Source of the DNA: the human T2T-CHM13v2.0 reference genome, Homo sapiens
Direction: 5' to 3' (one strand)
Assembly (NCBI RefSeq): GCF_009914755.1
Contig: NC_060931.1
Length of the DNA: 64,000 nt
The position numbers and the translations under genes were made by a program. Shown here one piece after another: positions 38,635-53,558 of this stretch; the stretch's first letter is position 1, and the number at the start of each line of letters is the position of its first letter. Under the pieces are notes generated by a model that did not search any database, was not told the DNA's origin, and saw only the letters and a list, made by a program, of their open reading frames with translations.

Positions 38635-39063
38635 TGTCTCACGTGTCCGTGTGAAGAGACCACTAAACAGGCTTTGTGTGAGCAACATGGCTGTTTATTT
38701 CATCTGGGTGCAGGCCGGCTGAGTCCCAAAAGAGAGTCAGCAAAGCGTGGTGGGTTATCATTAATTCTTATAGGTTTCGGGATGGGCGGTGGAGTTAGGA
38801 GCAATGTTTTGCGGGCAGGGGATGGATCTCACAAAGTACATTCTCAAGGGTGGGGAGAATTACAAAGAACCTTCTTAAGGGTGGGGGAGATTACAAAGTG
38901 CATTGATCAGTTAGGGTGGGGCAGAAACAAATCACAATGGTGGAATGTCATCAGTTAAGGCTATTTTCACTTTTGTGGATCTTCAGTTGCTTCAGGCGAT
39001 CTGGATGTAGACGTGTAGGTCACAGGGGATATGATGGCTTAGCGTGGGCTCAGAGGCCTGACA
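38635..39063 (-). mobile_element. HERV-H solo LTR (LTR7B-like)
   Basis: Reverse complement begins TGTCAGGCCTCTGAGCCCA and ends TGGTCTCTTCACACGGACACGTGAGACA; TATAA and AATAAA on minus; approximate TSD (G/T)TGTG. Confidence 0.92.
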
Positions 39064-39249
39064 TTGTGTCTTGCTTAGGAATTTGGGTTTCTGTCTTTGG
39101 GGAGCGATGGAAGGTTTATTTCCACTTTTGAAAACTTTTTAAATGAAAAATTTCAAACATGCATACAAGTAGGAAGGACCATATTGATATCAATGAGCTC
39201 AACCCCTAGATTCTACAATTAATGTTTTGCCATGTTTGCTTATCCTTCT

Positions 39250-39668
39250 TTCTATTCTATCTATATCTATCTATCTATCCATCAGTCTGTCTGTCCGTCC
39301 ATTCATCCATCCATCAGTCTATCTGTCCATCCATTCTTCTTTCTTTCTTCCTTTCTTCCTTTCCATCTATCCATCCGTCTATCTATCCCTCCATCCATCC
39401 ATCCCTCCATCACTGTCTGTCCACACTTCCATCCATCTGTCCATCCATCAGTCTATCTGTCTATCCATTCATCTATCTATTATCTATCTGTCTCAATTAT
39501 CTATCATCTGTCCCTATCATTTATCTATTTGTCTGTCTTTGTCATCTACCTATATCTATTTATTTCTATCATCTGTCAATCTGTTATCTATTCTCTATCT
39601 GTATCATCTATCTATCTTATCTATCTATCATCTATCTGTCTGTCTATCAAATATCTTATCTACTATCT
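39250..39668. repeat. Degenerate (TCTA)n/(TCCA)n compound microsatellite
   Basis: Direct read, about 420 bp. Confidence 0.93.
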
Positions 39669-39871
39669 GTAAGAGTTTATGCAGGGGAGTGACTTGTGTC
39701 TTAGAGGGTCCCTCTGGGAGGAACATGGAGGATGAAATAAAGAAGGAAGGGAATGGAGTTTGGGAAGACTCACTGAGAGTCTCTTGAAATTGTTGGGATG
39801 AGAGGCGGTGGTGGCCTGAACTAAAATTTGGCAACTGGGCTGGAGAATGGAGGGCTCAGAGATATTTGTGG

Positions 39872-40555
39872 GGGTATTCTAGTGATTATGTCTCTGTAAC
39901 AGATTGTCCAAAAACTTAATAACTTAAAATAATGACAACAGGCTAGGCATGGTGGTGCACGCCTGTAGTCCCAGCTACTCAGAAGGCTAAGGCAGGAGGA
40001 ATGCTTGAGTCCAGGGGTTCAAGGCTGCAATGAGCCATGTTTGTGCCACTACCCTCCAGCCTGGACAACAGAGTGAGACACTATCTCAAAAAAAGAGACA
40101 ATGTTTATTTTTCTTACAAATCTTCAATTTGGACAGAGCTTGGCAAGATGACTCTGTTTCTGGTCTACTGGATATCACTTGTAATGGCTCAAATGTGGAG
40201 GTCTGTAGTCATTTGAAGCCTCTCACTCCCATCTGGCTGGTTAATGCTGGCTTTCAGCAAGGATCTTATTTGGAGCACCTACGTGTGGCCTCGACATGTG
40301 GCCTGGGATCCTTCACAACATGGTGTCTGGATTATGAGGGCGAGTGGGGAGGAGGAGAGAGAGAATGAGAACACCAAGCAGAACAATACTGAATTTTAGG
40401 ATGTAGCCTCTGAAGTCCCCATATACCGCCGCTGTCGCCCCGTTCTGTTCATCAAGCCAGGCACAAGTTCAGGAGGAGGAAAGATTATCTCCTCCTCTTG
40501 ACGGGGTGTGGCAAGATCTCAAAATATTGCTGTGGCCATTTTTGGAAAACCCTGC
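39872..40555 (-). mobile_element. MLT1-type MaLR LTR with an Alu right arm at about 39941-40094
   Basis: TGTAACAGATTGTCCAAAAACTTAATAACTTAAAATAA...GCACCTACGTGTGGCCTC...GTGGCCATTTTTGGAAAA. Confidence 0.65.
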
Positions 40556-42149
40556 CCGTCCAGGGGCTAAAGTGGCAGGATTTAATTGTTGGATGTGAGC
40601 AATGAGAAAGAGCAAAAAATCTGACCTGACACTCAGTTTGGATTCGTGTCTCCATGGCGGGGAGGCATTCACAGAGAGGGCAGTGTGAGTGGCAGGACAG
40701 GAAAAGGGAATGAGGAGGATGGAGTTAGATTTGGGGTCCCATTGATTTGTTGGGAAATACTGCATCAGGATGGGTTCATGAACTACAAACCCACAGAGGT
40801 AGCTTCTTCTTGGAACAGACAACCATGTTTCCTAGTTTTTGGACAACTTTGAGCCGAATAGGGTTTGCTAGCCTCCCTGGGTCCCTATAGGAGGCTGTTG
40901 TGTACTCTGAACCTGAGTGGAGGTGGCAGGTGTTTGATGTGTCCCCAAGCCTGCTGGGGATAATGTGGCCTTCAGTATTTGCTTCCCTCCGTGGAGCTGG
41001 AGCAGCTAGGGAGGATGCAACATTCGTTGATTTCATCTAGCAGGCATTTATTTGAGCACTTACGGTATGCTGGAACCTAAAAGAATTTGAATGTGCATTA
41101 AATGCCATGCCTGCCCTAAAGAGCTTTGTCTCTAGAAGCGGAGAGGATGCTTGAGGTTGCATGCTCATGCTAAGCTGTGAATGTAGTTACTAAAAGGACA
41201 GAGCTTCGAGCAGGGGCAGATGTAATATGCACTTGCTGGGCTTTTTCCTTGCCTCTGGGTTCTCCATGGAGTGCGCTGTTGCTGGTGTCTCTTCTGGAGC
41301 ATGTAGGGGCCTGTCGGAGAGCGGGGCCAAGCTACTGTCCTCATATGTTCGAGGACATTTACAGACACTGATCTCTCTTGGTATCCAAATCAAACTCAGC
41401 ATTAACAGGCTAGTTTCCCTCCCTAACCTCCCCTTCCACCTTGGGGAATAGGACAGAGCCATATGTCCTTGATCAATATCTCTGTCTCCAGTCACTCAGG
41501 GTCTTAGAAAGCCTGCTCCCCGGGAACCCCATCCCACTCTATCCCTCACTCTTCGCTTCCCATGTCTGGACTCTGATTTAGTACCATTTTCCCTGGGTGG
41601 TCCTGATACTCAGTTTATTTGAAAACCATGGCTGAAAATCTGATTCCTTGTAGCTTGTACTCAAACAACAATTCAAGTTAGAAAGCATTGAAATACCGAG
41701 ACAGTTTCAGAGAGGCTCAAGGAAGCCCTTCTGCCTGGGGAGAAGGGGGAAAGTATCAGGGCATTAGAGCTGCACTCTGAATGTTAGGTAGAGTTGGACA
41801 TACAGAGATGATGGAGATGATGGAAAAGACGTTCCAGTTAGAGGGCCAGCATGGAAAAAAAGCAAGGGACATGACAGAGTTGTTTTTTTAAAATTAATTT
41901 TACCAACGAGTTGCTCATATGAGCATGCATATAGCTTGTGTCACGTTATTTACTTTTATGTCTTAAAATTATTTTGTTATTTCAGCCTGCATATATGAAG
42001 ACATTTACTTTTATCAAGAAACTGGAGTATAGCTATCCAAAATCAATCTAGAGACTATAATCTATATATATTTATGTTAAAAGGAAGGTAGGGGTTGCTT
42101 GCCTGATGATTTAGGTAACCTTCTAAATGTGTATATTTTTCCTGTGGCC

Positions 42150-43260
42150 CTGTCTTTAATTCAGAGACCACTGTATACATTTTATGTCCATTGGTATTCA
42201 CTCCCTCCTGTATACCTGAGATACCATCTAGAGTCATTTCCTTTCTGGCTGAAGAAATTCCTTTAGAATTCCTTGTAGTGTGGGTCTGCTTATAATAAAT
42301 TCTCTAATTTTCTTTATTTGAAAATGTTTATGTTTCATTTTCATTTTTGAAGAAAGTTTTGCTATATACAGAATTCTGGGTTGACAGTTTTTAAAAATTC
42401 TCCACTTTAAAGATATCATTCTGTAGTCTTTTGGTCTCCATGGCTTCTGATAAGTTCATTATCATTTGTATTATTGTTCCCCTGCATGTGATTTGTCATT
42501 TTTTTCTGGCTGTTTTCAAGATTTTAACTTTGTATTTTAGCAGTTTTCCTAGAGGTAGTTTTCTTTCTATTTATCCCTGCTTGGGTTTTGGTGATTTTCT
42601 TGAATCTATATTTTTGTCTTTCACTAAATCTGTAAGTTGTAGGCCTATTTCTTCACGTCTTTTCTGCCTTATTCTCTCTCTCCTTTCCTCTGAGACTCTA
42701 AATATAAGTGTATTGAATGGACTGATATTGTCCCACAGGTCTGGGAGGCTCTGTTCTATTTTTTAAGTCTTTTTTTCTTCACTGCTTTTCAGATTGGATG
42801 GTTTCTGTTGATCTGTCTTGAAGTTCCCAGATGCTTCTGCTATCTTTGATATGCTGTTAATCTCATTCCAGTTAGTGTATATTTTACTTCTAGATGATTC
42901 TGTTTTCACAGTTTCTGATTTGGGGGTTAGATTCCCCATCTGTTCATTCATTGTGTATATATTTTTCATTTAAAATTCTTGGACGTATGTATAATAGCTG
43001 CCTTATAGTTCTTATCTACTCATTTCAACATCTGGATCATCCTTGGGTTGATTTTTTTTAAATGAATTTTTTCCTTGAGTTCAGATTATATTTTTTCATT
43101 TCATCACCTGTCTAGTGATTTTTGATCAATTCCTGGACACTATTAAGTATATGTTGTGGAGACTCTGGATCCTGCTATATTCCTTTCAATGGATTTTTAT
43201 CTAACAGAGAGTTAACTTGGCTGGGCTCAGACTTCAAACTTGATCCTTTGGGCTAGCTAA
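42150..43260 (-). mobile_element. Old L1M ORF1 region
   Basis: Minus-strand peptide QPRILYIAKLS...KIREFIISRPTLQGILK is a degenerate L1 ORF1p C-terminus. Confidence 0.8.
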
Positions 43261-43708
43261 TGTGAAAGGAAAATACCCTGGGTCCCCAAAATCCCTAAGG
43301 GAAAGGGAAACGTCAAGCTGGGAACTGCTTAGAGCAAGCCTGCCTCCCATTTATTCAAAGTCACCCCTCTGCTCATTGAGATAAATGCATATCTGATCGC
43401 CTCCTTTGGAAAGGTGAATCAGAAACTCAAAAGAATGCAACCATTTGTGTCTTATCTACCTATGACCTGGTAGCCTCCTCCATGCTTTGAGTTGTCCTGC
43501 CTTTCCGGACTGAACCAATGTTCATCTTACATATGTTGATTGATGTCTCATGTCTCCCTAAAATGTATAAAACCAAACTGTGCTCTGACCACCTTGGGCA
43601 CATGTCATCAGGACCTCCTGAGGCTGTGTCACAGGCATGCATCCTCAACTTTGGCAGAATAAACTTTCTAAATAAACTGAGACCTGTCTCAAATTTTTGA
43701 GGTTCACA
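43261..43708 (+). mobile_element. MER4A1-like ERV1 solo LTR
   Basis: TGTGAAAGGAAAATA...TGTATAAAACC...AATAAAC...GGTTCACA. Confidence 0.85.
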
Positions 43709-44202
43709 CCAGGCAGCAGCTGACATCTCCACTCTTTCTTTCAGCTTCCAGCTGCTGCTTTTTCACCATACTCCTGTGGTTTCTCACATCCTAGGCTCTT
43801 GGTGAGCCAAGGATTTGCATGGATTTCATACACAGATTTTGTGGGCTTGCACCATCTGCAGAGGCCTGCCTACCAGGGTTCCACCTCTGACTTTCTGGCT
43901 GTTCTTCTAGCCCCCAAGTTTTTTTCTGATACATCAAGCCAGTTACAGTTCTGGATCTCAGGCAAAAGACTGCTACACACTCAGAAATCTTAACTTCCTC
44001 AGTTGTCTTTCAAGGATACTCCTGTCTACTTTCTGCCTGCTTTTCATCACTCTCTGGACCCTTAAATAAGTTCATTAAAGAAAATATTTTGTTCAAATTT
44101 GATAATTGTTACTTGCAGGAGGTTTGGTATATACAAGCTACTCTGACAATACTGGACACCAGAGCCAAATATGAGATTTTGTTGTTTAAATAGCTTTATT
44201 GA

Positions 44203-44613
<411 letters not shown>

Positions 44614-45098
44614 AATGAGTTTTTGAGTTTTATTAAGAAGTCACGTGCAGATGAATGGTGGGAAAGAAGGCTCCTTCACGTTGACCTCCTGCTTTCTATT
44701 TCACAGATTGCTCTCAAATGCAGTCTCTCATTTTGATCTTCAAGATGCCCTTGGGAATGTGGTCATTCTTAATATCACCCTTCTGCAGATGAAAAACTGA
44801 GGTGGACGTATTAAATGGCTTGCCCTTTTCATGTTACCTTACACCACTAGACACCTGGGGAGATGGATACGCTGTCATCCACAGCTTTAGGAGTTGTATT
44901 TCAGCTGGGAGACAAAAGTTCTCAGAGCTGGGGCAAATCAGTTTGGGGTGGAGAAGTTCAAGCTCATGAAAGCTGAGTGATGGCATTTGGATGGTGTGCA
45001 TGAGAAGGGAAGGGCTTGGGGAAGAACAGAGGCCAAGAACTCAGTTTGGGAAGCAGGTGTGACAAGCTAGGTATTATATAATGTGATGAACACGGTCA

Positions 45099-45495
<397 letters not shown>

Positions 45496-45772
45496 TATTA
45501 ATAGACAGGAAAACAGATACTGGAGCCCTTTCAAAAGAGGAACTGAGAGGAAATAGGAGTCTGGATATAGGACAGAAAAGAAAAGGGAGGGTCAAGGGTA
45601 ACCTTTCTTTTCATTCTTGACCCCAGGGCCTTTCACTGATCCTGATACATAGTAGTTTGTAAATGTTAGCTGAAACAAATTAGCTGGTGATGAGAAGGAT
45701 GAAGGGGTGATATTTGCTTATGGACCATTAAGTTGACACTACTTGAGTATGCATCAGAATCACCTTGATGGG

Positions 45773-46081
45773 GGCTGGGCACGGTGGCTCATGCCTGTAA
45801 TTCTAGCACTTTGGGAGGCCAAGGAAGGAGGATGACTGGAGGCCAGGAGTTCAAAACCAGCCCTAGGTAACTTAGCAAGATCCCATCCCTATAAAAAAGT
45901 AAAAATAAAAAAAATTAGCCAGACATGGTGGCACACACCTATAGTCCCAGCTACTCAGGAGGCTGAGGCAGGAGGATCGCTTGAACCCAGGAGTTGAAGG
46001 CTACAGTGATCTGTGATGGCACCATTGCACTCCAGCCTGGGTGACAGAATGAGACCCTGACTCTTAAAAGGAAAAAAAAAA
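45773..46081 (+). mobile_element. AluJ
   Basis: J motifs; followed head-to-tail by an AluSp. Confidence 0.9.
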
Positions 46082-46456
<375 letters not shown>

Positions 46457-47576
46457 TCAATCAGTCATCTCAGACTTCCAGTTTCCAGGACTGTGAGAAG
46501 AAGATACATTTATACATTTCTGTTGTTGCATCTTGATTAAGAGCAAACACTGACATGTCCTGTGGACGCTGCTGGCCCAGGGCTGGACTTGGAGATCCAG
46601 TTGCACAAAGTCATGAGAACCTTTTTGAATTCTGCTGCTTCACCTTTATGCTCCAGGCCGTGTAGGAGTATTTTTCTCCTAGTCTTGTCTACTGGAGCTG
46701 ACAGTTAGAGAGGTGTCCTTGGGATCATTAATCAGCATTTAACATTTGTAGGCAATCTAGTTTATTACTTTGCTTAAACTCTGGAGCTCAGAGTCTTGTT
46801 TCTGAAGTCTCTCAGGTAACATTTTGAGAACACTGCATGTTCTGCCACAAATTCTTCACAAGCAGACGAGGAGGCTTTCCAAATGTTACAGCAGATCTTG
46901 TGTCCTGGGGAGGGCAGAGCTGGCCGGCTCCAGCAGCTGACAGACTGGGGAGGACTTCTGGGATTACGTTATGCTCATTTGCTAACCTGCAAAATTATGA
47001 CTGCATGTATGATGGGGTAGGGCACTCTGGTCATCTTGCCCATTTGTCAGAGTCTTCCCAGGCTGCTGTTTGGACTCAAAAGAAAAGAATCTTTCTCTGT
47101 TCATGAACCACTTAAAGTTTTCAGGCTTTGCAAGCTGGCCCTTTGGATGCAGAGGGCAATTGTTTCTTAGAACAGACCGTGTACATTTCATGCCAGAGCA
47201 CTGCAGGGCTGCTGGGGCATTGTGGACCTTGCGGAGTTTTGTGATTCTTTGATGATTTCATGACCCAGATGTGCAGAGTGAAAGGGGCTTTTTCAATGGA
47301 GCATCAGTACAAGGCGGAAACTGTGCCAGAGATGAGAGTGACCCGGTTGCCTTTTTTTTTCTTAAGTAATCGAGCCTAGTGCTTGGGGGCACATTCACTG
47401 TCTAGCTGGGCATTTCACGATTTCACCCACCTGGTACTAGGCAGCTGATGGCTTTGCTGTCTTCATACATTTCTTCCCAGTGTAGCTCTTGAAGACAGAA
47501 GGAATCACTCCTGAGCAGAGCCCACTGATCTTGGCCTGGTGTGCTATTTGGACACACAATTGCTGTCTTCCCCCAG

Positions 47577-47692
47577 TTCCTTCCACTCCATTCAAAGGCT
47601 CCCACTCTCGCATTTTTGAGGTCAAGGGACTTCCTGGGGGTATTGAATTCCTCCCACGTCAAAGAGTGTTCCTGTTAAGATGGTTCCCCCAG
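47577..47692 (+). other. Candidate 116-nt exon (unverified)
   Basis: Acceptor TGCTGTCTTCCCCCAG and consensus donor CAG|GTAAGA in unique sequence. Confidence 0.25.
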
Positions 47693-47819
47693 GTAAGAGT
47701 TGATTCCAGATATTGCTCGCCAAGACCCTGAGGTCAGACGCCTTGGAGAATTCCCCATGGAGATCCCCCGAGCCAGAAATCCAGTGTCTGTTCCCTTTCT
47801 GTAAAAACCAACACACATT

Positions 47820-48089
<270 letters not shown>

Positions 48090-48145
48090 TCAACACACAA
48101 AGCAGCAGCAGGGACAACCACATCTTCACTAAGAGCTACTGTGAG

Positions 48146-48498
48146 TTACAGACCGAATTGTCTCCCCACAAATTCATATGAAGTCCTAACCTCCAGCACC
48201 TCCCTCAAAATACAACCCTATTGGGAGATACGGTCGTTAACGAGGTAATTAAATGAAAATGAAGGTGTCCTTATAAAAAGAGGAGATTAGGACACAGACA
48301 CACACAGAAGATTATGAAAGGCAATGGAAGAAGGCGGCCATCTACAAACCAAGAGAGACTGACCTCAAAAGAAATCAACCCCGCTGACACCTTCATCTCG
48401 GACTTCCAGTTTCCAGGACTGTGAGAAGATACATTTCTGTTGTTCAAGCCACACAGCTTTGTGGCATTACTCCACGGCAGCCCTAGTGGAGTAATGCA
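48146..48498 (+). mobile_element. MLT1B-like MaLR solo LTR
   Basis: GTGTCCTTATAAAAAGAGGAGATTAGGACACAGAC...GGCAGCCCTAG...TAATGCA. Confidence 0.8.
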
Positions 48499-49100
48499 CA
48501 GTGTCATGGTGATGGAGTAACCTAAATACTCCAACCACTCGATGATTTGATCTCTGCTAGCTTGAGTGCTGGGGCCAAATTACACTGGCCTCTCCAGCTC
48601 TGCTCTCCTGACCTTTCTAGAAAGCTTATCATCAGAGCCCATCTGCTGGCTGATGTCTTCACCAACACACACTTTACTGCAGGTAAATCCTCCCCATCTT
48701 GAGCTCAGGCATCTAAGAGCCTTATCCTCTTAAGATAGGCTCTGTTGAGTTAGAAACTGCCCCGCTGACTGAAATCGCCAGCTCCCTGGCCCAGCTCTTA
48801 GACTTCCCTTCCTCTCTCCCAAGGTGGGAAATAGCTTGTTACTTGGAATGGGCCGTGCACTTTTTGCCCTTCTTGGGTTTACTGTATGACAGGTATTATT
48901 AAAGACCCATGTTACATTAGCCCCTGTGTAACCATACCTGCAAGTGCTGTGTCAGTTGCATTAGCTGGAATTCTAAATTGACTGTTAGAACAGCACTAAA
49001 AATAATGTGGTAAATGATGGAGTTTTAGGGCAGTGTATAAGACTTCTGGATGTGGAGGCAGCCTGCTGCACAAGCCCTGTGAGCTGGGGGCATTCTCTAA

Positions 49101-49405
49101 CCCACCCTCCCTCCCTCCCTTCCTCACTTCCTTCCTTCCTTCCTTCCTTCCTTCCTTCCTTCCTTCCTTCCTTCCTTCCTTCTTCCTTCCCTCCCTCCCT
49201 CCTTCCTTCCTTCCTCTTCTCTTCCTCCCCCTCCTCCTCCTCCTTCTGCTTCTTTTTCTCCTCCTCCTTCCTTCTTCTCCCTTCTTCCTCCCCTGCCCTC
49301 GCCTCCCTTCCCCTCTCCTCCCCTCCCGTCCCCTCCCCTTCCTTCCTCTCTGTCCCCTCCTTCCTCTCTCTGTCTCTCTCTGTCTGTCTGTCTCTCTCTC
49401 TTTCT
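49101..49405. repeat. (CCTT)n/(CCT)n/(CT)n polypyrimidine tract (expanded Alu tail)
   Basis: About 300 bp between the TSD copy CATTCTCTAA and the AluJ body. Confidence 0.95.
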
Positions 49406-49680
49406 TCAGACAGGGTCTCTCTCTGCCTCCCAGGCTGGAGTACAATGGTCTCATCACGGCTCACTGCAGCCTTGACTTCTCGGGCTCAGGTGATCCCCCC
49501 ACCTCAGCCTCCCAAGTAGCTGGGACTACAGGCACATGCCACCATGCCTTGCTAATTTTTTTTTTATAGAGACAAGGCCTCTGTTGGTCAGGCAGGTCTT
49601 GAACTCCTGGGTCCAAGAAATCCTCCTGCCTTGGCCTCCCAAAGTGCTGCGATTACAGGCATGAGCCCCCATACCTGCCC
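49406..49680 (-). mobile_element. AluJ
   Basis: CACGGCTCACTGCAGCCTTGAC. Confidence 0.9.
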
Positions 49681-49697
49681 CATTCTCTAATTTTCGT

Positions 49698-50005
<308 letters not shown>

Positions 50006-51298
50006 CTACAACTCCATTTCCCTATCTGCAAAATGCAGCTAATAATCATAGTCAGTCGTAGAGTCATTGTGAAGTTTAGAGAGAAAATATATGAAGCACA
50101 AGCTGTGTCTCACACAACACTCAGGAAATGTTGGTAAGCTGTTAGTAAAGGTCACAGTAAAGACCTCCCAGATCATTCAAGATTCCTTTATGCCCTCTGA
50201 ATCAACAGAGATGCATTAAATCTTGGTGGTTAAGATTTGTATAACAGTTGTAAATTACTCCATTTAGGTTTTCCAAAAATGGTAATCCATGTAAAGAAAC
50301 TGTGTATGCAACCCACATTTTTGAACAAGGAGGATTCTGCTCTTTATGGGTCTTTTAGCCCTTAAATTAATATTTTCTGGCTAATTTCCTTATATTATTT
50401 CAAGCCAGAAGCTAAAATTGCATCCCTCTCTACTCCCCTTTCCCCTTTATCCTCTCCAAGAGGAGGGGGAACTCTTATCTACTTGGTTCAGAAGCTAGGA
50501 ATCAGATGAGGCCAGTTTATGGGGGTTTGGACTGCTGCTACTGAAAACTTAGTGTACAAGAGAGTGTGGTCTCTGCTTCCTCTCACCCCTGCCGCAGGCC
50601 TAAGCTGAGCGGGGCCTCTGCCTCCTGGGGCAGGCCCAACTGTCTTACTATCTTTGCTCTTCTTTGGACACTTCATGGCCTTCAAGTCCTAGCTGGAGAG
50701 TGTAAGAGCTTACATTTCAGGCTTGGACTTAGCAGGTGGGAGAGGCTCCTAGAAGCTGATCCTGAGTCCCTCCTCCCAGATTTCACTTCCAGTTTGCCAT
50801 TGCCCTTCATAAGCTGATCAACTCTGGAGGTGACAGAAAGGAGGGCCAACTGGCTCACTATTATGAAAACTGTAAACTCACTTCCCTAACAAAGGAGTTT
50901 ATAGCTGTTATTTCTGCAGCCAGTACCAAAACGAAAGCGAGACTTTGGCCTGTACAAACCAACTCAGCTATCTGGTCATGTACATCCAGACTGGTGCTCT
51001 ACTGGGAAAATGAATATTTTCCCTAAGGCGAGAAAGGCTGGGCCTGCTGTAGCCTGGCAACTCCTTCTCTGCAGACAGAGCTTGCGTTTCTCTTTATTTT
51101 TCCTTTTACTTCCCCAAGGTAAACATTCAAGTAGATGGCTTCCCTTACTTTCATCTCCCAGGTCCCTTTTCCTGTTTTCTCTGGATTTTGTATTTAAAAG
51201 CAAAGCTTAAGTCTCTGACAGATGCACCCAGCTGCAGTGTGAGAAGGCACTCAAACTGCAACAAAGAGAAGACGACTACAACTTTTAGTAGATACTTA

Positions 51299-51555
51299 AT
51301 TTTTTGTTGTTTTGTTTTTAGAGACAAGGTGTTGCTCTGTCACCCAGGCTAGAGTGCCGTGGCAGGATCATAAGTCACTGCAGCCTCGAACTCCTGATCC
51401 TTCTGCTTCAGCCTCCTGAGTAGCTGGGACTACAGGCACATGCCACCATGCTTGGCTAATTTTTCTTTCTTTTTTTTTTTTTTTGTAGAGGTGGGCGTAT
51501 TGCTGTGTTGCCCAGGCTGGTCTCAAATTCCTGGCCTCAAGCGATCCTCCCTCTT
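51299..51555 (-). mobile_element. AluJ (5'-truncated)
   Basis: Antisense J-type arms. Confidence 0.87.
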
Positions 51556-51920
51556 TAAAAGTCCAGCCTCTTTAAAACTGTGAATGCAATAAGATCTGGC
51601 ATAAAGACTGAGAAACTTGAGAGGAACCGGTGGAAATTTCTTCTGAGTTACGCTCACTTCTCTCTGCTTCGTTTGTTCGTATCATTGTTACTTTTGCTCA
51701 CCAGTCATGTTTTTGAAGTAGCCACAAAAATAAATGGTTTCCTAATATTATTTCCACCTCCCCCCTCATCCACTTTTCATCGTGGAATTCTTTTCAGAGT
51801 ACACTTTGTGCTTCAAAATTCAGAGGTACTGACGTGCACATAGGTTGCAGTTGTCCTGGTCTGTGTGGGGGAATGGCTGAGGAGGGTGTTTCCTGTTGAA
51901 GACCCAATTACTTTTTTTAG

Positions 51921-52966
51921 AAAAAAATTTTTTATTTCCATAGACTTTTGGGGAACAGGTGGTATTTGGTTCCATGAGTAAATTCCTTAGTGGTGATTTG
52001 TGAAATTTTGGCGCACCTATCACCCGAGCAGTATACACTGCACTCAATTTGTAGTCTTCCCACCCTTTCCACCTGAGTCTCCAAAGTCCATTGTATCATT
52101 CTTATGCCTTTGCAGCTGTAGAGCTTAGCTCCCACATATGCGTGAGAACATACAATGTTTGGTTTTTCCATTCCTGAGTTACTTCACTTAGAATAATATT
52201 ATAGTCTCCAATCCCTTTCAAGTTGCTGCGAATGCCATTAATTCATTCATTTTTATGACTGAGTAGTATTCCATAGTATATATATACCACAGTCTCTTTA
52301 TCCATTACCCATGTGATGGGCATTTGGGCTGATTCTGTGTTTTTGCAGTTGCGAAATGTGCTGCCATAAACGTGTGTGCAAGTATCTTTTTCGTATAATG
52401 ACTTCTTTTCCTCTGGGTAGATGCCCAGTAGTGGGATTGCTGGATCAAATGGCAGTTCTACTTTTAGTTCTTTAAGGAATCTCCACACCGTTTTCCATGG
52501 TGGTTGTATGATTTTACATTTTCACCAGCAGTGTAGAAGTGTTACCTTTTCACTGTAACCACGCCAGCATCTATTATTTTGTTACTTTTTTTGATTATGG
52601 CGATTCTTGCGGGAGTCAGGTGGTATCACATTGTGGTTTTGATTTGCATTTTCCTGATCATTAGTGATGCTGAGCATTTTTTCATATGTCTGTTGGCCAT
52701 TTGTATATCTTCTTTTGAGAATTGCCTATTCATGTCCTTAGCCCACTTTTTGATGGGATTGTTTGCTTTTTTCTTGATAATTTGTTTGAGTTCATTGTAG
52801 ATTCTGGATATTAATCCTTTGTCGGTTGTGTAGATTGTGAAGATTTTCTCCCAGTCTGAGTTGTCTGTTTACTCTGCTGACTGTTACTTTTGCTGTGCAA
52901 AAGCTCTTTAGTTTAATTAAGTCCCACCTATTTATCTTTGTTCTTATTGCATTTGCTTTTGGGTTC
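51921..52966 (-). mobile_element. L1PB-type LINE-1, 5'-truncated (about 1 kb)
   Basis: TTTTGGGGAACAGGTGGTATTTGGTT 3' UTR; ORF2 peptide [24 protein letters not shown]. Confidence 0.9.
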
Positions 52967-53217
52967 CCAAGTCACTTTTTGAAATATCCCCAGCACAGCT
53001 TTGGATGTGTCACTGGGCCACTGGACACAGGCATATCTCACAAAAAATAGAGTCGGGGAGAGTGAGAGAATAGGAGAGAGCTTTTCTGGAGAGGCAGCCC
53101 AGTTTAAATGTGAAATACACCTTGGTATATTGATTGCTGCTCTACAGTTCTTGAAGAAGAAAAAATGAGGTTTCAAAACAAGAAGGAGGGGAAGACTAGA
53201 CAAAAGAGCTTGTTGCT

Positions 53218-53558
53218 TTTTATGGTTAGGCTGTGTTCCCACCCAAGTCTCATCTTGAATTGTAGCTCCCATAATTCCCATGTATTGTGGGATGGACTCA
53301 GAGATAATTGAATCATGGGGCAGTGTCCCCCATACTATCCTCGTGGTAGTGAATAAATCTCATGAGATCTGATGGTTTTATAAGGAGTTTCCTTTTTTCT
53401 TGGTTCTCATTCTTTCTTGCCTGCCGCCATGTAAGATGTGCCTTTCACCTTCTGCCATGATTGTGAAGCCTCCCCAGCCACATGGAATTGTGAGTCCATT
53501 AAACCTCTTTTTCTTTATAAATTACCCTGTCTCGGGTATGTGAAAATGGAATAATACA
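53218..53558 (+). mobile_element. THE1B-like MaLR solo LTR
   Basis: CTCATCTTGAATTGTAGCTCCCATAATTCCC...ATTAAACCTCTTTT...TAATACA; exact TSD TTGCT. Confidence 0.9.

Noticed and set aside
42234-42419. ORF resembling L1 ORF1p
   Set aside because: Short degenerate fragment of an old L1, not an intact gene.
52243-52488. ORF resembling L1 ORF2p C-terminus
   Set aside because: Part of a 5'-truncated, frameshifted ~1-kb L1PB with no endonuclease or RT domain.
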